From contig NC_042999.1 in NCBI RefSeq assembly GCF_006345805.1, positions 28,706,001-28,770,000 of the forward strand: a stretch of DNA of 64,000 nucleotides, written 5' to 3'. Below are positions 1-14,644 of the stretch, piece by piece (position 1 is the stretch's first letter; every line of letters begins with the position of its first letter). The notes beneath the pieces were generated by a model that was not told the DNA's origin, made no database searches, and worked only from the letters and a program-made list of their open reading frames with translations. Source of the stretch: Octopus sinensis. Lineage: Eukaryota. Made by a program: the position numbers and the translations under genes.

Positions 1-414
1 TACATATGTGTACCTATGCATTCCTACACATAAACACATATATATACACATACAAATACAGATCCATTCCCTAATTTTAATTTTATAATCTTCGTTTATT
101 ACTTTTGTTATCTTTGGCCGCTTGGTCACAAACATCTTGGCTATGACAGCCAGTCCATTTATCTGTCTACTGGAAAACAAGCACTCATTCACTCACGCAC
201 ACTCTTTAGCACGTACACTCACTCACTCGTACACTCATACACATACACGCACGCAAGCGTTATATTCATACATACATACATCTACATACATTCACGTATC
301 TACACATACGTACGCGTACCTACAGATTCATGTCTACACTCTTAGAAGGCTAGTCTATATATATACACCAATAAATATAAATACACACACATACATATAC
401 ACCTACATACAAAT

Positions 415-448
<34 letters not shown>

Positions 449-777
449 ATTCACATATATATATACACATATATACACATACACATGTACATGCGTACCC
501 ATACACACACACACACACACGCGCCCATCCATATATACACATAAGTACACACATGCGTAAAAGTATACATATATCTATGCTTACACATACACACACACAC
601 ACGCGCCTCCTTATATTCATACTTACATGCGTACTCAAAAAATAAGTAAATAGTAAAATATATATACGCGCAGTTATTCGTACATGCATACTCAAAAAAT
701 AAATAATAAATATTAAGTATATGTACGTGCAGTTACCTATTATATAGACGGATACATACATACAAACTTACACACAC

Positions 778-854
<77 letters not shown>

Positions 855-1331
855 CATATATACACATACACATACACATACACATATACATACATATATA
901 CACACACACACATACACATACATATATACATATATATACATACTTACACACATGTACATATAAAAACACACATAGATAACTCTACGTACCTACATATGCA
1001 TAAACACACGAGCGTACGCGCATATGTACATATACACATACACATACACACGCATATATATACATACATACATACACATACACACATGTATACACACACA
1101 CACATATACACATATATATACATACACATATACATACATATATATATATACATATATATATACACATATACATATACATATACACATACACACACATATA
1201 TACATGTGTGCAAACATACATACATTCTCATACAAGCAGACACACTTACATTTACATATATACACACACTTACACACATATATACATACACATATACATA
1301 CATACATACATACATACGTATATGCATACAT

Positions 1332-1366
<35 letters not shown>

Positions 1367-1405
1367 CATATATACATACACATACACATACCCATATATA
1401 TATAT
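1..1405. repeat. Left arm of a large inverted repeat (CA/TA-rich compound low-complexity DNA with unique islands); probably extends beyond the window start
   Basis: Unique islands at 60-330, 600-770 and 960-1020 are reverse complements of 5650-5950, 4170-4345 and 3930-3995. Confidence 0.9.
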
Positions 1406-1747
1406 ACACACATATACATATACACATGCACATACTTATATCTCTACATACTCGCATATACATATATATATATATATATATACATATACACACACATACA
1501 TATACCTATATACATGTATATATACACACATACATATATATACACATCTACAATTTGTATCTACACTCACATACCTGCACATACACATAACTCTACATAC
1601 CTACATATACATCGACATACTCGCGTACAATCATATATGTACACATATATACATATACACACACACATACATATACATATACATATACATACATATATAT
1701 AAACATACACATACATAATACACATATACACACACATACATATATGC

Positions 1748-1817
<70 letters not shown>

Positions 1818-2282
1818 CATACATACATACATACATACACATATACATACATGTACATATACACATACACCCACATATATATACACACACATACATATAT
1901 CAACAATTGAGGGTAAATTTATTAGTTATTAATCAATTTCACCAAGTATTCAGTATGTAAAAGGACCATTATTTTTATGAGTAAACAATGTCTGAGGGAA
2001 AATTCTCTACTAAGTAGTGGAAGAGGCTAAAACACTTTTTTGGCTGCTATTTCTAGAAAGTTCAGTATGCGGCAAAGCAATCCATTTCACTAAGCCCTAA
2101 TTATATAATATTTTATACATACATACACATACATACACACATACATATACACATACATATGCATACACACATGATACACATATACAAGCGTGCACATACA
2201 ATATGTGAGAGGTCTTAGGAGAAAAGGTAATCGGGGGTGCTAGGGGATCGGTGGGTTTGGGGGGTTTGTGGGTGGGGTGTCA

Positions 2283-2783
2283 TCAATCTGGTTGCCGGGT
2301 AGGTCTATAGTTCTTGTAGTTCGCATACTTCTTATGCATACAATTTGGGGAGTGTTCTGAGATTTTGTTAAGGAGAGGGCCTTTGGCGAACAAGATCTCT
2401 AGGCTCTCCGATATGCAGAGGTCACAGCATGTATGGCCTCCTGTGTACGAGCGCGCCTTCTGTAGTAGTTTCCACTTGGTCTTGAAGGGGATGGAGTTCC
2501 TTTTAAGGTACCAGATGTTGGCGGCGAGGGTAGTTTGGTTGAGTTTATCCTGTCGCCGGAACGAGTGTGTGTGTGCGTACCAACGGGTCTTAAAGCTGTT
2601 TGACGTCATTCCTATGTAGGATTTTCTTTTATCGTCAGGGCCTGACCTTACCTCGCATGTATATACTAGGTCCCTCTGTAGGCAGTTGTTGTTGAGGGGG
2701 CAGGTGGTTTTATCAGGACAGTTGCAATTGCTATCGGACGTTGGATGGGCCTCGGAAAAAGTAGATATGTTAAGTTTTTTCAC
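2283..2783 (-). pseudogene. PLE linker plus GIY-YIG endonuclease domain
   Basis: VY...YIG..FKTRW..H motif spacing and C-terminal CDLCISE..I..LLNK; ends at a stop codon. Confidence 0.88.
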
Positions 2784-2847
2784 ATTGTTGTTGGCTAGGT
2801 TCCTGGCTAGATTGGGCGTGGTAGAGTAGGAGAGTCTAATAGTGTTC

Positions 2848-3556
2848 TTATTTAGGATATGTGTACTTATGTTGGGTGGGGAAGTGTTTCTGTAGGAGAG
2901 TGAAGAAGATTTTTGCTACAGGTGTAGCGACCTCACGGTTGAAGGGGGGGTTGTACCAGCTAATGTGTCTTCGTCTATTTTTCCTGGGTTGGCGTGGGGC
3001 TATACTAGTATAGGTAATCTTATCTTTGAAGCCACTGCGGGCCAGGGCCACGTTGTAATAGGGGGCTGCGGCCTTAAAGATATCTTCCGTGGCGGACAGG
3101 CTAGAAATTCTAATTGAGACACTTTTTACTAGGTTATCTAATATATTTTTGGGGTGGTTGGAATTAATATCTATATATTTAAGGGATTCATTCGGTTTGT
3201 GGTACGGGTAATAAAGTGAGGTTTTTAAGTCGAGGGTGACATCAAGGAAGTTAGCTTTAGTTAAGTTGGATTCTAAGGTAATCCTAAGGCCGAAATTTTT
3301 AAAGAAGGTGTAAAGATTTTTCCGGAACCCATCCGTGGTCCTGGGGTTTATTTTGTGGAGGGCGAAAAGGCCGTCATCGCGGTAAAGACCACCGGAGAGG
3401 CCTGTGAATAGGGTTTTCAGCCTATGGAGGATGAAAAGTCCCACTAGGTCACTTATTTCAGCAGAGGCGTTAGCAACCATGCTGACGTCGAAGGGGGTCA
3501 CAGATTTTTTGTTGATCCAGTGGGATCCGTCATAGAAAAGAAAAGTCTTACGTGCG
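2848..3556 (-). pseudogene. PLE reverse transcriptase C-terminal half (frameshift near 2850)
   Basis: ORF 2848..3975 is RT-like only from VILHARKTFLF onward; NKNTIRLSYS continues in the next frame and runs into ORF 2283..2783. Confidence 0.85.
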
Positions 3557-4105
3557 TGGAGGATCACATATATATGTATGGGTATGTGTATGTGTATGTA
3601 TGTATGTATATATATATATATGTATGTGTGTGTGTATGTATGCATATACGTATGTATGTATGTATGTATGTATATGTGTATGTATATATGTGTGTAAGTG
3701 TGTGTATATATGTAAATGTAAGTGTGTCTGCTTGTATGAGAATGTATGTATGTTTGCACACATGTATATATGTGTGTGTATGTGTATATGTATATGTATA
3801 TGTGTATATATATATGTATATATATATATGTATGTATATGTGTATGTATATATATGTGTATATGTGTGTGTATACATGTGTGTATGTGTATGTATGTATA
3901 TATATGCGTGTGTATGTGTATGTGTATATGTACATATGCGCGTACGCTCGTGTGTTTATGCATATGTAGGTACATAGAGTTATCTATGTGTGTATTTATA
4001 TGTACATGTGTGTAAGTATGTATATATATGTATATATGTATGTGTATGTGTGTGTGTGTGTATATATGTATGATATGTGTATGTGTATGTGTATGTGTAT
4101 ATATG

Positions 4106-4175
<70 letters not shown>

Positions 4176-4552
4176 AAGTTTGTATGTATGTATCCGTCTA
4201 TATAATAGGTAACTGCACGTACATATACTTAATATTTATTATTTATTTTTTGAGTATGCATGTACGAATAACTGCGCGTATATATATTTTACTATTTACT
4301 TATTTTTTGAGTATGCATGTAAGTATGAATATAAGGAGGCGCGCGTGTGTGTGTGTATGTGTAAGCATAGATATATGTATACTTTTACGCATGTGTGTAC
4401 TTATGTGTATATATGGATGCGCGTGTGTGTGTGTGTGTGTATGGGTACGCATGTACATGTGTATGTGCGTGTAGTGCATATATATGTATATGTGTGTGTA
4501 TGCGTATGTGTGTGTATATATGTGTATGTGTATATATGTGTATATATATATG

Positions 4553-4596
<44 letters not shown>

Positions 4597-5554
4597 AATA
4601 AAATAGAACATATGCATATATATAAACATATATGTACGTACCTACCTCTACATGTACATATACACGCATATATGTGTACAGGACACCAAAAAGACGTCGA
4701 ACACATAGAGAGACGAAACACATAGACACAAACCAAGGAACAAGACAAGCAAAAAAAAAAGAGAGAGATACAGGACAATAAGCACAACGAAAAATCCCCT
4801 TCTTCAGTCGCTAAGGTTTCATCTACTAAACGTTTCGAAGGATAAAAGCGAGACGTATACTTCGAAGAAAACATCCTTCCCGCGAAAAGCAAATCAATTA
4901 AAATTCTGAGATCTGTTCGCAGAGGGGTAAAAAAAAAGCAAGACGGTAACGACAGTACAAACATATAAACAGTAAAAAATATATATATAAACAGTGGAAA
5001 AATAAATATATAACAGTGAGAGACAGGACAAGGAGAACAAGATAAGAAGGGCTGTTAACGCCAGACGAAAAAAGTATTGCAAACGCTGGATTATCGTGGA
5101 CGACGAGAGAGAGAGAAAATGTGTCGACCAGTAGCCTTAGGAGGCGGGCGAGAAAAGACAGGATAGCAGTTACGACGGAAGTATCGTCGCAGATGGACGA
5201 CGGGAATGGGGGAGGAGGAGCAAGAGGAAGAGAGAGAAGAAGGGGAATGGTGCAAGGAGACCAAGAAGAATGGTGAAAGGGAGAGAGAGAATGAAGAATG
5301 AGAGAGAGAGGAGAGACAAGTTAAGTGAGGGAAAAAAGACGAAAAAGGGAATGGGAGAGAAAGAAAGAAAGATGCAGAGTCGCGTGAGAGTTAATATCAA
5401 GGCTAACTTGATAAACAGAACAATCTTACTTAATAGGGTGCGTGCGTTTAGTCGTATAATATGTTAATAAAATAGAACATATGCATATATATAAACATAT
5501 ATGTACGTACCTACCTCTACATGTACATATACACGCATATATGTGTACAGGACA

Positions 5555-5594
<40 letters not shown>

Positions 5595-6008
5595 ATTTGT
5601 ATGTAGGTGTATATGTATGTGTGTGTATTTATATTTATTGGTGTATATATATAGACTAGCCTTCTAAGAGTGTAGACATGAATCTGTAGGTACGCGTACG
5701 TATGTGTATATACGTGAATGTATGTAGATGTATGTATGTATGAATATAACGCGTGCGTGCGTGTATGTGTATGAGTGTACAAATGAGTGAGTGTACGTGA
5801 TAAAGAGTGTGCGTGAGTGAATGAGTGCTTGTTTTCCAGTAGACAGATAAATGGACTGGCTGTCATAGCCAAGATGTTTGTGACCAAGCGGCCAAAGATA
5901 ACAAAAGTAATAAACGAAGATAATAAAATTAAAATTAGGGAATGGGTCTGTATTTGTATGTGTATATATATGTGTGTATGTGTAGGTATGCATAGGTACA
6001 CATATGTA
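3557..6008. repeat. Right arm of the large inverted repeat, interrupted by the 965-bp insertion at 4593-5557
   Basis: Reverse complement of 1-1405; joins the PLE 5' truncation point at 3556/3557. Confidence 0.9.
4593..5557. mobile_element. Non-coding 965-bp element with identical 96-bp terminal direct repeats (TG...CA), inserted in (TA)n
   Basis: 4593-4688 is identical to 5462-5557; (TA)n on both sides; absent from the left arm, where the site is plain (TA)n near 425-450. Confidence 0.8.
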
Positions 6009-8106
6009 TATATATACATGTATGTATATGTATGTATGTGTGTGTATATGTGTGTGTATGTGTATATATGTGTAAATAGGGACTAGTGTGCTGTGTGTGC
6101 ATGTGTGTGTGTGGATATGTGTGTGTATGCGTGTATGTGAGTATGTGTGTGTATGTGTATATATATTTTTCTGTGCGTATATGTATGTGAGGTCGTGTGT
6201 GTATATATACATGTGTGTATACGTGTATGCATGTGAGTGTATGTATGTATACATATATGTGTATGTGTAGATATGTATATGTATGCGTATGTGTAAGTGT
6301 ATATATATGTATATATATGTGTGTGTATGTATGTGTGTATGTATATGTATATATGTTTGTATGTGTGTGTATGTATGTATACATGTGTGCATAGGTATAA
6401 GTGAGAATCTCCTTATTTACCTAAAACTCTATTCCCCCTTTTTTTATATATATAGGTTTTTTTATTTTTTTATTTTTTTATTTTTTTATTTATTCTTCTA
6501 TCTAATTTAACACTGACTCCTTGACCACTCCCCCAAGTATGATATTTTGCGCTATGCCTACCCCCAAAAAAGTCCCCCACCAACACCCCTTTAAACCTGC
6601 CTAAATGTATAAATGCCAATACAATTCTTGTTAACTAGCTTCCTGAAGATTTCTCTTGAATGAAACAGTTCTAGTCCTGTAGAAGCTCCTTCTATATAAT
6701 AAATATATATATATATATATATATTATTTTGATTATATATGGTAGGCCATGTACTATAAGCAGATAATTTACATCCAGGTTATGTTTCGCTGGTTATGAG
6801 ATGTCGCATTCGATCTGTACACGGTACAGGATCGGACTGGAACTAGAAAAATGTATTATTAAAATACATTCTTATTAACTCTACAACGGACACATGCACA
6901 TATCATTGGTATGTGAACAAGCGAAAGCAACTGGACATTTTCTCCATATCCACGAATAAAACACATGGTGCTAAGGTGTGAAATTTATCGAAACGTATAT
7001 ATGTCTATATATTATGATTTTGATCATCTCTTAACATGATCATAATGTGAATAAAAAATAAAATTGTTTTCTTACTAATGAATCTGAGATCTTTTGAAAT
7101 GCAATACTTTGGTCAGTGCAGAAAGGCACGGATATTGGCAATATGGCAGTAGGAAGGTAGGAAATTATCCACACCCGGAGAACTGCTTCCAATGTTTGCA
7201 ACTGTGTTAGTTCTACTGAAAACTTACTAAGGTGTTACTGGTCAACGGATTAAGTTTATCAACCATGAACGGTGATGCTTTCTATGATATGTTTTGCACC
7301 ATTTCTGCCAGTGTTATTCTATTTTTCTCAAATCAAACTATGCTAGAACACACCTGTCTAATTTTTCCCGCAGTGAAATCGAATCACATAGCAGTGAAAT
7401 TTAGTAAGTATTCATGTGACTATTGATATTTAATAAATATATCTTCTTTCGGAAGATAATCCGATGAATAAAGATGCGTCTTCATATGAACTCCGACATA
7501 ATCTTAACTTGTAAGCACTCAGATATTTTAATTAGATTAATGCTTGCACGTAAATCTATTTTAGTTGCGTTATACTTGAAATTAAATTTCATTGCATATA
7601 ATGTATATTTTATTTAACCTTAGGTTTGAAAAAATTGATTTATTTATAGAACTGCATTCGAAGAGATATATGCTTAAAAAACGTATTCATGCAAGACGTA
7701 TGGTTATGTCAATTTGATTAATTCCCAGCGTGAAATATTATTAAGCCGTATCGTTGCATAAAATAAAATTTGAGAAATCGAGAACTGTAAAGAAAATAAG
7801 GTTTATTCAATTAAGACGTTATCAGCTCAAACACAAAATTATTTGTCCACAGGAATGTACGGAAGATGACGATTGCACAATGTGGAAGCGAATGAGTTCG
7901 ATATTAAGACGAAGTGCTTGAATATTTATATTTTTATGCATTTTAAGTATCGTTTTCTTCGTACGTCCAATTTGAATACCAATTTTGGTAATTCTCGAGA
8001 GAAACTCTTCCCTTTTTAACTACAAAAATATCATCGCAATTGCTGAGAATTTTTGTAAATAGAAAATGAATTATACCACCCACAAAAATTGCTTAGTTAT
8101 TTAAAA

Positions 8107-8488
8107 CTAGCAGTATCGCCCGGCGTTGCTCGGGTTTGTAAGGGAAATAACTATAAAGCATTTTTAGAGAGTTATAGCCAAAAAATAGCAAAAAAATGGA
8201 AAAAAATTATGGTAAATTTTTTTGAGAGTTAAAAAGGTCGAGTTGCGTCCCCTAGACAGTCTGTGGTTTGTGTTTCTGATTCTCGACCCCATGTCGAATT
8301 TATCGATGTTTTTCAGAACTGGGGGTACTTTTCAAAATTTCCGCTGCGTTAGTTTTGAATTATGACATTGGTCTATGTGTGTGTCAATTTTAATCAGAAT
8401 CGGTTGAAAGCCGTGGTCAGGGTGAGGGTACAACCTAACAGACACACAGACACGCATACAGACAAACTGCCGTTTATATAGAGAGAGA
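8107..8488 (-). mobile_element. Non-autonomous Helitron
   Basis: Minus strand starts A|TC and ends CTAG|T; subterminal hairpin CCCGAGCAACGCCGGG lies 8 nt before CTAG; no TSD. Confidence 0.8.
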
Positions 8489-11400
8489 TTACGATGAGTA
8501 ATGCCAAAAGCCAGCGGAAATTGTTCAAATATATTCTTTATGTCTAACAACCAGTTTCATCTTTGCACATGATAACATTAAGTGCTCGTACGTCTAACAA
8601 CCATGTCGACGTTCATTCTAGTAACACTACTTATTTCCAATTATTAATCCTCGCTGACAGTATCTATTTCAGTCAGAAATTGGCTGTAAAATTTCACCAT
8701 TCTGGTTGTAATTGATTCACCATCCTGAGACGTCCCTGAACCTACATTTGATCAAAGGCTTTCAAGTTTGATCATGTCACTTTTTTTTATTACTTTCAAT
8801 AATGATATATCTACGAATATGTGCTACGTTTCCTATTTGAAAGGTTTGCTTGATGGGAAATTCGGCTCCTCTATTTGACATATCGAACGATCAAGTAGAT
8901 GTTTCTGCGTTGACTTTATAGACTTCTGTTTGTTTCACGATTTGTTTCGAATATGTCATTAAATATATACAATAAAACTGGTTGACTATCATCATTTGGT
9001 AGTGTAAGTCATATTAAGATATGTTTCTTTTTTTGTTGCAGTAAAGTGTCGTGTAACGATGTTTAAGGTCTATCGGTTATTGTGCAACTTATCCTGGAAC
9101 GTTTTAAATCTGTTCAAATAATTAAAGAAAATATTTTGACTTTTGCAGATGTTGCAAAATTCTGCAGCGGAGATTTTTTTATTTACTTTGAATTAAATGC
9201 ATGCTCTTATAGCATTTAATAGGTACTTTTTAGCTAGTGTATGAGAGACGGCTTAATGAACTCCGTCTTTGCTTTTCGAACCATCTATATTATATAGATA
9301 ATGCAAAATTAGCGGTTTTAGTGTAAGCTGTGTGTTTCAATGGCTGTAGATAATTTTATGAAACATACTGTTGTCGTTGCATCTCACGTTAACGATGCAA
9401 AATATTAGCACGTAACAAAATATTAGCAACTCTTTAGCTAAAGCAACTGCGGCGGTATTTTAGGAGAATGAAGGTACACGATGTAACAAGATATATGAAC
9501 AAATTGTACAGAAACGAGTTAGTATGACAGATTATAAGACTCATGTTCTGAAAATAATATTTGAAATAATGAGAAATAATGGCGGCCAGTTTGTAGCAAG
9601 TTTTTTCGAAATGTTTTTACGGAGCAACAACACAGTTGTTGAATTAAACAGAATATGCAGAATATTACTGTCATTTGCTCTTGGGTCAACCTTATCTGAG
9701 TAAACCCATGTCCAAAGACATCAAACAATCGTCTTTTTCCTACTTATACATTCAGTATCTTCTCCTGAGCACATTGCTCACTATGATCTTTTATAATTTT
9801 CTTTGAAAAGTATGTGACTACTCATTCTTGTAGGTAGACCTTGAAGGATCTCTGTTTGGCATGGGTTTAACGAAAAAAATTATCTCTTGGTGATGAAGAA
9901 GGTGGGACTATGTAAACGAAGTCAATAGTCATTATACTCTATATTAGGAATGAAGGTAAAATAAATTGAAGTTTATTTCTAGCTACATTCAGTGAGAGAC
10001 TTACGATGATTAGGAAATAGATTTTCCAAAAGTGCAGACTCTAACCTTTAAAAAGAAAAAAAAAAAACCTTTAACAAGGAGAAGAGAGTGGGATTAGTGT
10101 CGCAAAACGAAATGGCTGACTAATGAAAATGGCATCAAGTGAGCAAATGTTTAAGATGCCAACACTTTGAATACGCAAACACTTCGAAGAAATAAACGAA
10201 AGTCATTAAATAAAATGGATTACTTCAGGCATTTAATTAAATTCAGAGATATATCACGATAATCAGTGATTTGAATTAAAACGTCGTAAACGAATCATTT
10301 TAATACCGCAACATTTTTACCTGTATCTACTTCTGTATATATACATGAACAAATGCATCCATGTATGTATGTGTGCTTAGTTGCTTCTGTTTATGTTTGT
10401 GCAATGCGCATGACTGTTTGGAGTCTTATGTTACCGTGTATACTATAAATGTCTCATTTATTTCAAATTAATTTCATTTCACTTAATTTTTCTCTTCTCT
10501 CATTACAAAAAATTATATCAAAAGTGCCAAGCTCTGTCACTTTCCAATTAAAATTTTCGCTATTTTCTTACCTTTAAGACATTTTCTCGTAACTCTGTCA
10601 TATAATGAAGTTGTTCCATTTTAAATATGCCGGCATGAAGTAGTATTATATCTTGCTTTGTAACACGCACACTGATTTAATTTCAATACTTCTAAATATA
10701 TTATCGCTTACACCTAAACGTTCTTTCGAATTGAATATCACAATATTTTCACTAATTCACACCATTACCTTGACGTGGGAGCAGTTTGCTGAAAGTGTGA
10801 CGATCCAAATTCACTTATTGCAAGTATGTCAAGTAAATACCATCATTCCTTAAGATATAAAAAGTCATACTCTGAGACAACCTCTATGTAATTACTGAAA
10901 ACGCTGGAATTAACTGACGAATGTACCATGAACCTGAGACTTAACATATTAAAATATGGGTCACAGTGGATGATACATTCTTTAATATTTTATAACAAAG
11001 AGGAAATTATAATTGTTCAAACGAGATATATCAAGGAATTACTGGATCAAAGGCTGACCGGGAAGAAGCAATAAAAACAACAGTTACAAAGGTAAAAATA
11101 ACAGGGACTTCTTTAGAACCAGTCAACTTGCTAGAAATTACGGCTCTCATGATCGCACGAGTGGTCATCTGCATGATTGACTTAACAGCTCTATTTTACA
11201 AAATAAAAACAATATATATTGCAGTCTGAGATAAACTATACCTTAACATAAGGCTATTAAATGCTGTTCATAATTCTTCTCCAAAATGATCCACGAAGGG
11301 AAACTTCCAAGCGTGATATAGGTTAATCGATAGAATTTAAATATTGAAAATCACATACGAGAGTTTAAGGAAGAAAAATGTAAATAATTAAAGTTTAATT

Positions 11401-11530
11401 AAACAAAACTGGAGTCAACCTAATGCTCGTAATTGCAACATGATCAGCTGATTAATTACATTTGCTTTATGTTAGACCCGTATCTTTATGTTAGGCCATA
11501 GATTAAAAGTAGTTTGAGGTAGTATAAAAT

Positions 11531-12024
<494 letters not shown>

Positions 12025-12726
12025 AGCAAATAGTAGTATTGAGCCAACATACCGCACATCACGCTAACCCCAAAATCAAACTAGCATTTTTCTTGCTGAG
12101 CAAATTAAAGTACCCAAAGCCAAAATTATGATGTGCAAATTAGAATGCATCCATTCAACAATGACAGAATAATGGCTAATCTAATCGAAACCATTAAAGA
12201 ACATTACTAGTCTTTTTTTAAGGGGTGAATATTCATTTTGATGTAAACGGTGTTTTATCAGTTTACATTTTAGAATAGACATTTCTCATTATAAGCCGTC
12301 AAAGACTGAAACGTTACCTTTTTAAGAAACATTACATATTTTTTTACGTGAAACGCTTTTTAAAATTAGTGTAAATGTATAGCTCTACTTTAAATAGAAA
12401 CTGTCATCGAAAATTAATATTTAGCAATAATTCTCTGCATCTAGAGATTTCGGAAATTATGAATTCTTTAAAACACAATAGATAGTGTAACCTAAGCTGG
12501 GTGATATAACATTACGCGTGAGTACGTGTATGAGTGTCCTATAGAATATAACTGTCAGATTTGAATAGTATAATACCCAAATATTTCAGAGTTAAAGACA
12601 AACTTAAAATTGAAATATTGAGATAAAATCTGTGTCGTTATTCAATGCAACTTGAAAATATGTATCAACTTTTAAAATAACTTTAATGATGAATTTAAAT
12701 ATAAAATATTGTATGGTTCAAGTGCT

Positions 12727-12830
12727 GTGAGCTGACAGACTCGTTAGCACGACGGGAAAAATGGTTAGCGGCCTTTCATCCGTCTGAGTTCAATTTCCAT
12801 CGAGCTTAACTTTGATAATCAGCACGGAAT
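12727..12830 (+). mobile_element. Decayed 5' fragment of SINE family B
   Basis: GAGCTGACAGACTCGTTAGCACG...TGAGTTCAATTTCC resembles the head at 31736. Confidence 0.6.
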
Positions 12831-13310
12831 TAAACGAAGTGAATTGATGGGAAGTCACCTAGTTAGGATGCTCTACCATTGATTTTATTGCTGTTATTTT
12901 GACATTGGCTATATAGACACTTTGTGAGACACAGTTGGATATATATCAAAGCTTTGTTTCCTGAGGGGTAAGAGCGGATATAGACGCTTTTTGTATTATC
13001 CTATTCTACTCTTTTGCTGGTAAATAGTTTAGCCGTGCTAAAAAAATTAATCTAAAAAGTATGATGCAATATTTTCGAGGCAGACTGTAGGAAAAAGTAA
13101 ATAGTCAATTCCATGTTCAACACGTGAAGACGAGTGGTTTCCTAAGTAGCTATACTCATTTCGAAAAGCAAACGTAACAATTTTAAATGGTACCTGAGTC
13201 GGAAAATTAGTGTAAAACCTCCGTAGGATATATCCAGCATGAAAATCATTTTTGATCCCTCTTTAATAATGATGATGATAGTCATACTACTAATACTACT
13301 ACTGCTGCTG

Positions 13311-13343
<33 letters not shown>

Positions 13344-13435
13344 GTATTACTGCTGCTGCTACTACTACTGTAATTATTGAAGTAGTAGTAGTAATGGCGG
13401 CAGCAGCAGCAGTAGTAGTAGTGGTAGTGGTAGTG

Positions 13436-13482
<47 letters not shown>

Positions 13483-13489
13483 TGTAGTA

Positions 13490-13635
13490 ATAACCTTTTC
13501 TACTACAGGCACAGGTCTAAAATTTGGGGGAGGTGGTAGTCGATTACGTCGACCCAGTGTTCAAATGTTACTTAATTTATCAACCCCGAAAAGATGAAAG
13601 GCAAAGTCGTCCTCGATGGAAGTCAGAAACTAGCG
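13490..13635 (-). mobile_element. 3' part of SINE family B with (ATT)/(ACT) tail
   Basis: Reverse complement contains GACTTTGCCTTTCATCTTTTCGGGGTTGATAAATTAAGTAAC, matching 31830-31870. Confidence 0.7.
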
Positions 13636-13689
13636 AATAATAATAATAATGATGATGATGATGATGATGATGATTATGTTGAGGATTTC

Positions 13690-14640
13690 ATTTATGTACC
13701 ACATGGGCGAATGATGTGGGTGAAAATACAAAGATAGACATAAAGTATCGAGTTTTACCTATAATGAAATATTACAAAGAAAATCAGTATATACGGTATA
13801 CCCTGAACAAAGAAGAGATACATGCATAGCATACAAAGTTTTAAAAAAAAGTGGTAAGGAGGGTGATAGAGATGTGGCCCTCCTGATACAGGAAGGCCTC
13901 TGGGGGATAATCGAGGAATCCCACTGTCCGAGATTTCCATGAAAATCCAGGAGCAAGTACACTCTCTTGAATTCCTTCTCTCCGACTTACACTTCTACAC
14001 TTACAGAGGTACCATACACTCTTGTTATTCTCGCCACTTTCAATAATCTAACTGGATTATTTCAATAAACTAACCTTTCAATAAACTAACTTGAGGACAG
14101 CACTTTCTTCTCTACTCTCAATTGCGTTTTCGAAAGGAAACATGAAGAAGTCATTGTGAGGTCTACCAAAGAGGAATCTTTCAGCCTTGTCCACCAAACA
14201 ACCGTTTTCACCACAGCCTCCAGTTAAAAGAAAATTGTCATACCTTCCTGAATGAAGGAGGGTGGTGGTGCGATCACCGCTACAGTTTCGGTCGACAGAC
14301 GGAAACTTCCTACACATGACAGCAGCTATTCGACGTAACCGCACAAGTCAGCATTGCTCGGATACTGAACGAAGACGTGCAGCAGGGTTTCGTCACACTG
14401 CGCGTACCTCGGACAAGCCCGTCTGACTGCGAACCACTGTAGCACAGCCAGGCCAAGGACATCTAGCAATTAGCCATGATTGTTCCCGGGCAGAAAGTCC
14501 TCGGGGACAGACTAGCCAGTTAGTTCTCAGCGGCGCCCAGAGTCTCCACGAATGTAGATTCCGCGACACATTTGACGATACAATAGACCATCTCTTCACG
14601 GGTATATACATCGCAAAGATAGAGTAGGACATTATTTACA
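13690..14640 (-). mobile_element. Decayed Tx1/L1-type LINE 3' end
   Basis: Manual translation gives CPRYAQCDETLLHVFVQ...VVWWTRLK...RVEKKVLSS with stops, homologous to ORF 21097-21884. Confidence 0.8.
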
Positions 14641-14644
14641 TAGA

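Larger units (their letters stand above)
1900..3556 (-). mobile_element. 5'-truncated Penelope-like retroelement (RT plus C-terminal GIY-YIG), probably Hydra clade
   Basis: RT motifs FDVSM..AEISDLVG, GLYRDDGL, NFLDVTLDL, SNHP and WYNPPF; linker CNCPDKTTC (CxCx5C); GIY-YIG LVYTCEV...SYIGMTSNSFKTRW; short 3' trailer at 1900-2282. Confidence 0.9.

Noticed and set aside
122-1906. Many long ORFs (up to 240 aa) rich in Y/I/H/T or V/C/M/Y
   Set aside because: They are translations of CA/TA dinucleotide repeats. The same applies to the poly-N/I/L/S/V and YLSI ORFs elsewhere.
1930-2095. CUGAA...GAAA pairs in the PLE 3' trailer (possible short-core hammerhead variants)
   Set aside because: No stem I pairing was found in either case; a family alignment would be needed.
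4795-4845. GAAAC...CUGAAGA on the minus strand, resembling a permuted (type II) hammerhead inside the 965-bp element
   Set aside because: Stem I is mostly mismatched and stem II pairs out of register; I could not fold a valid core.
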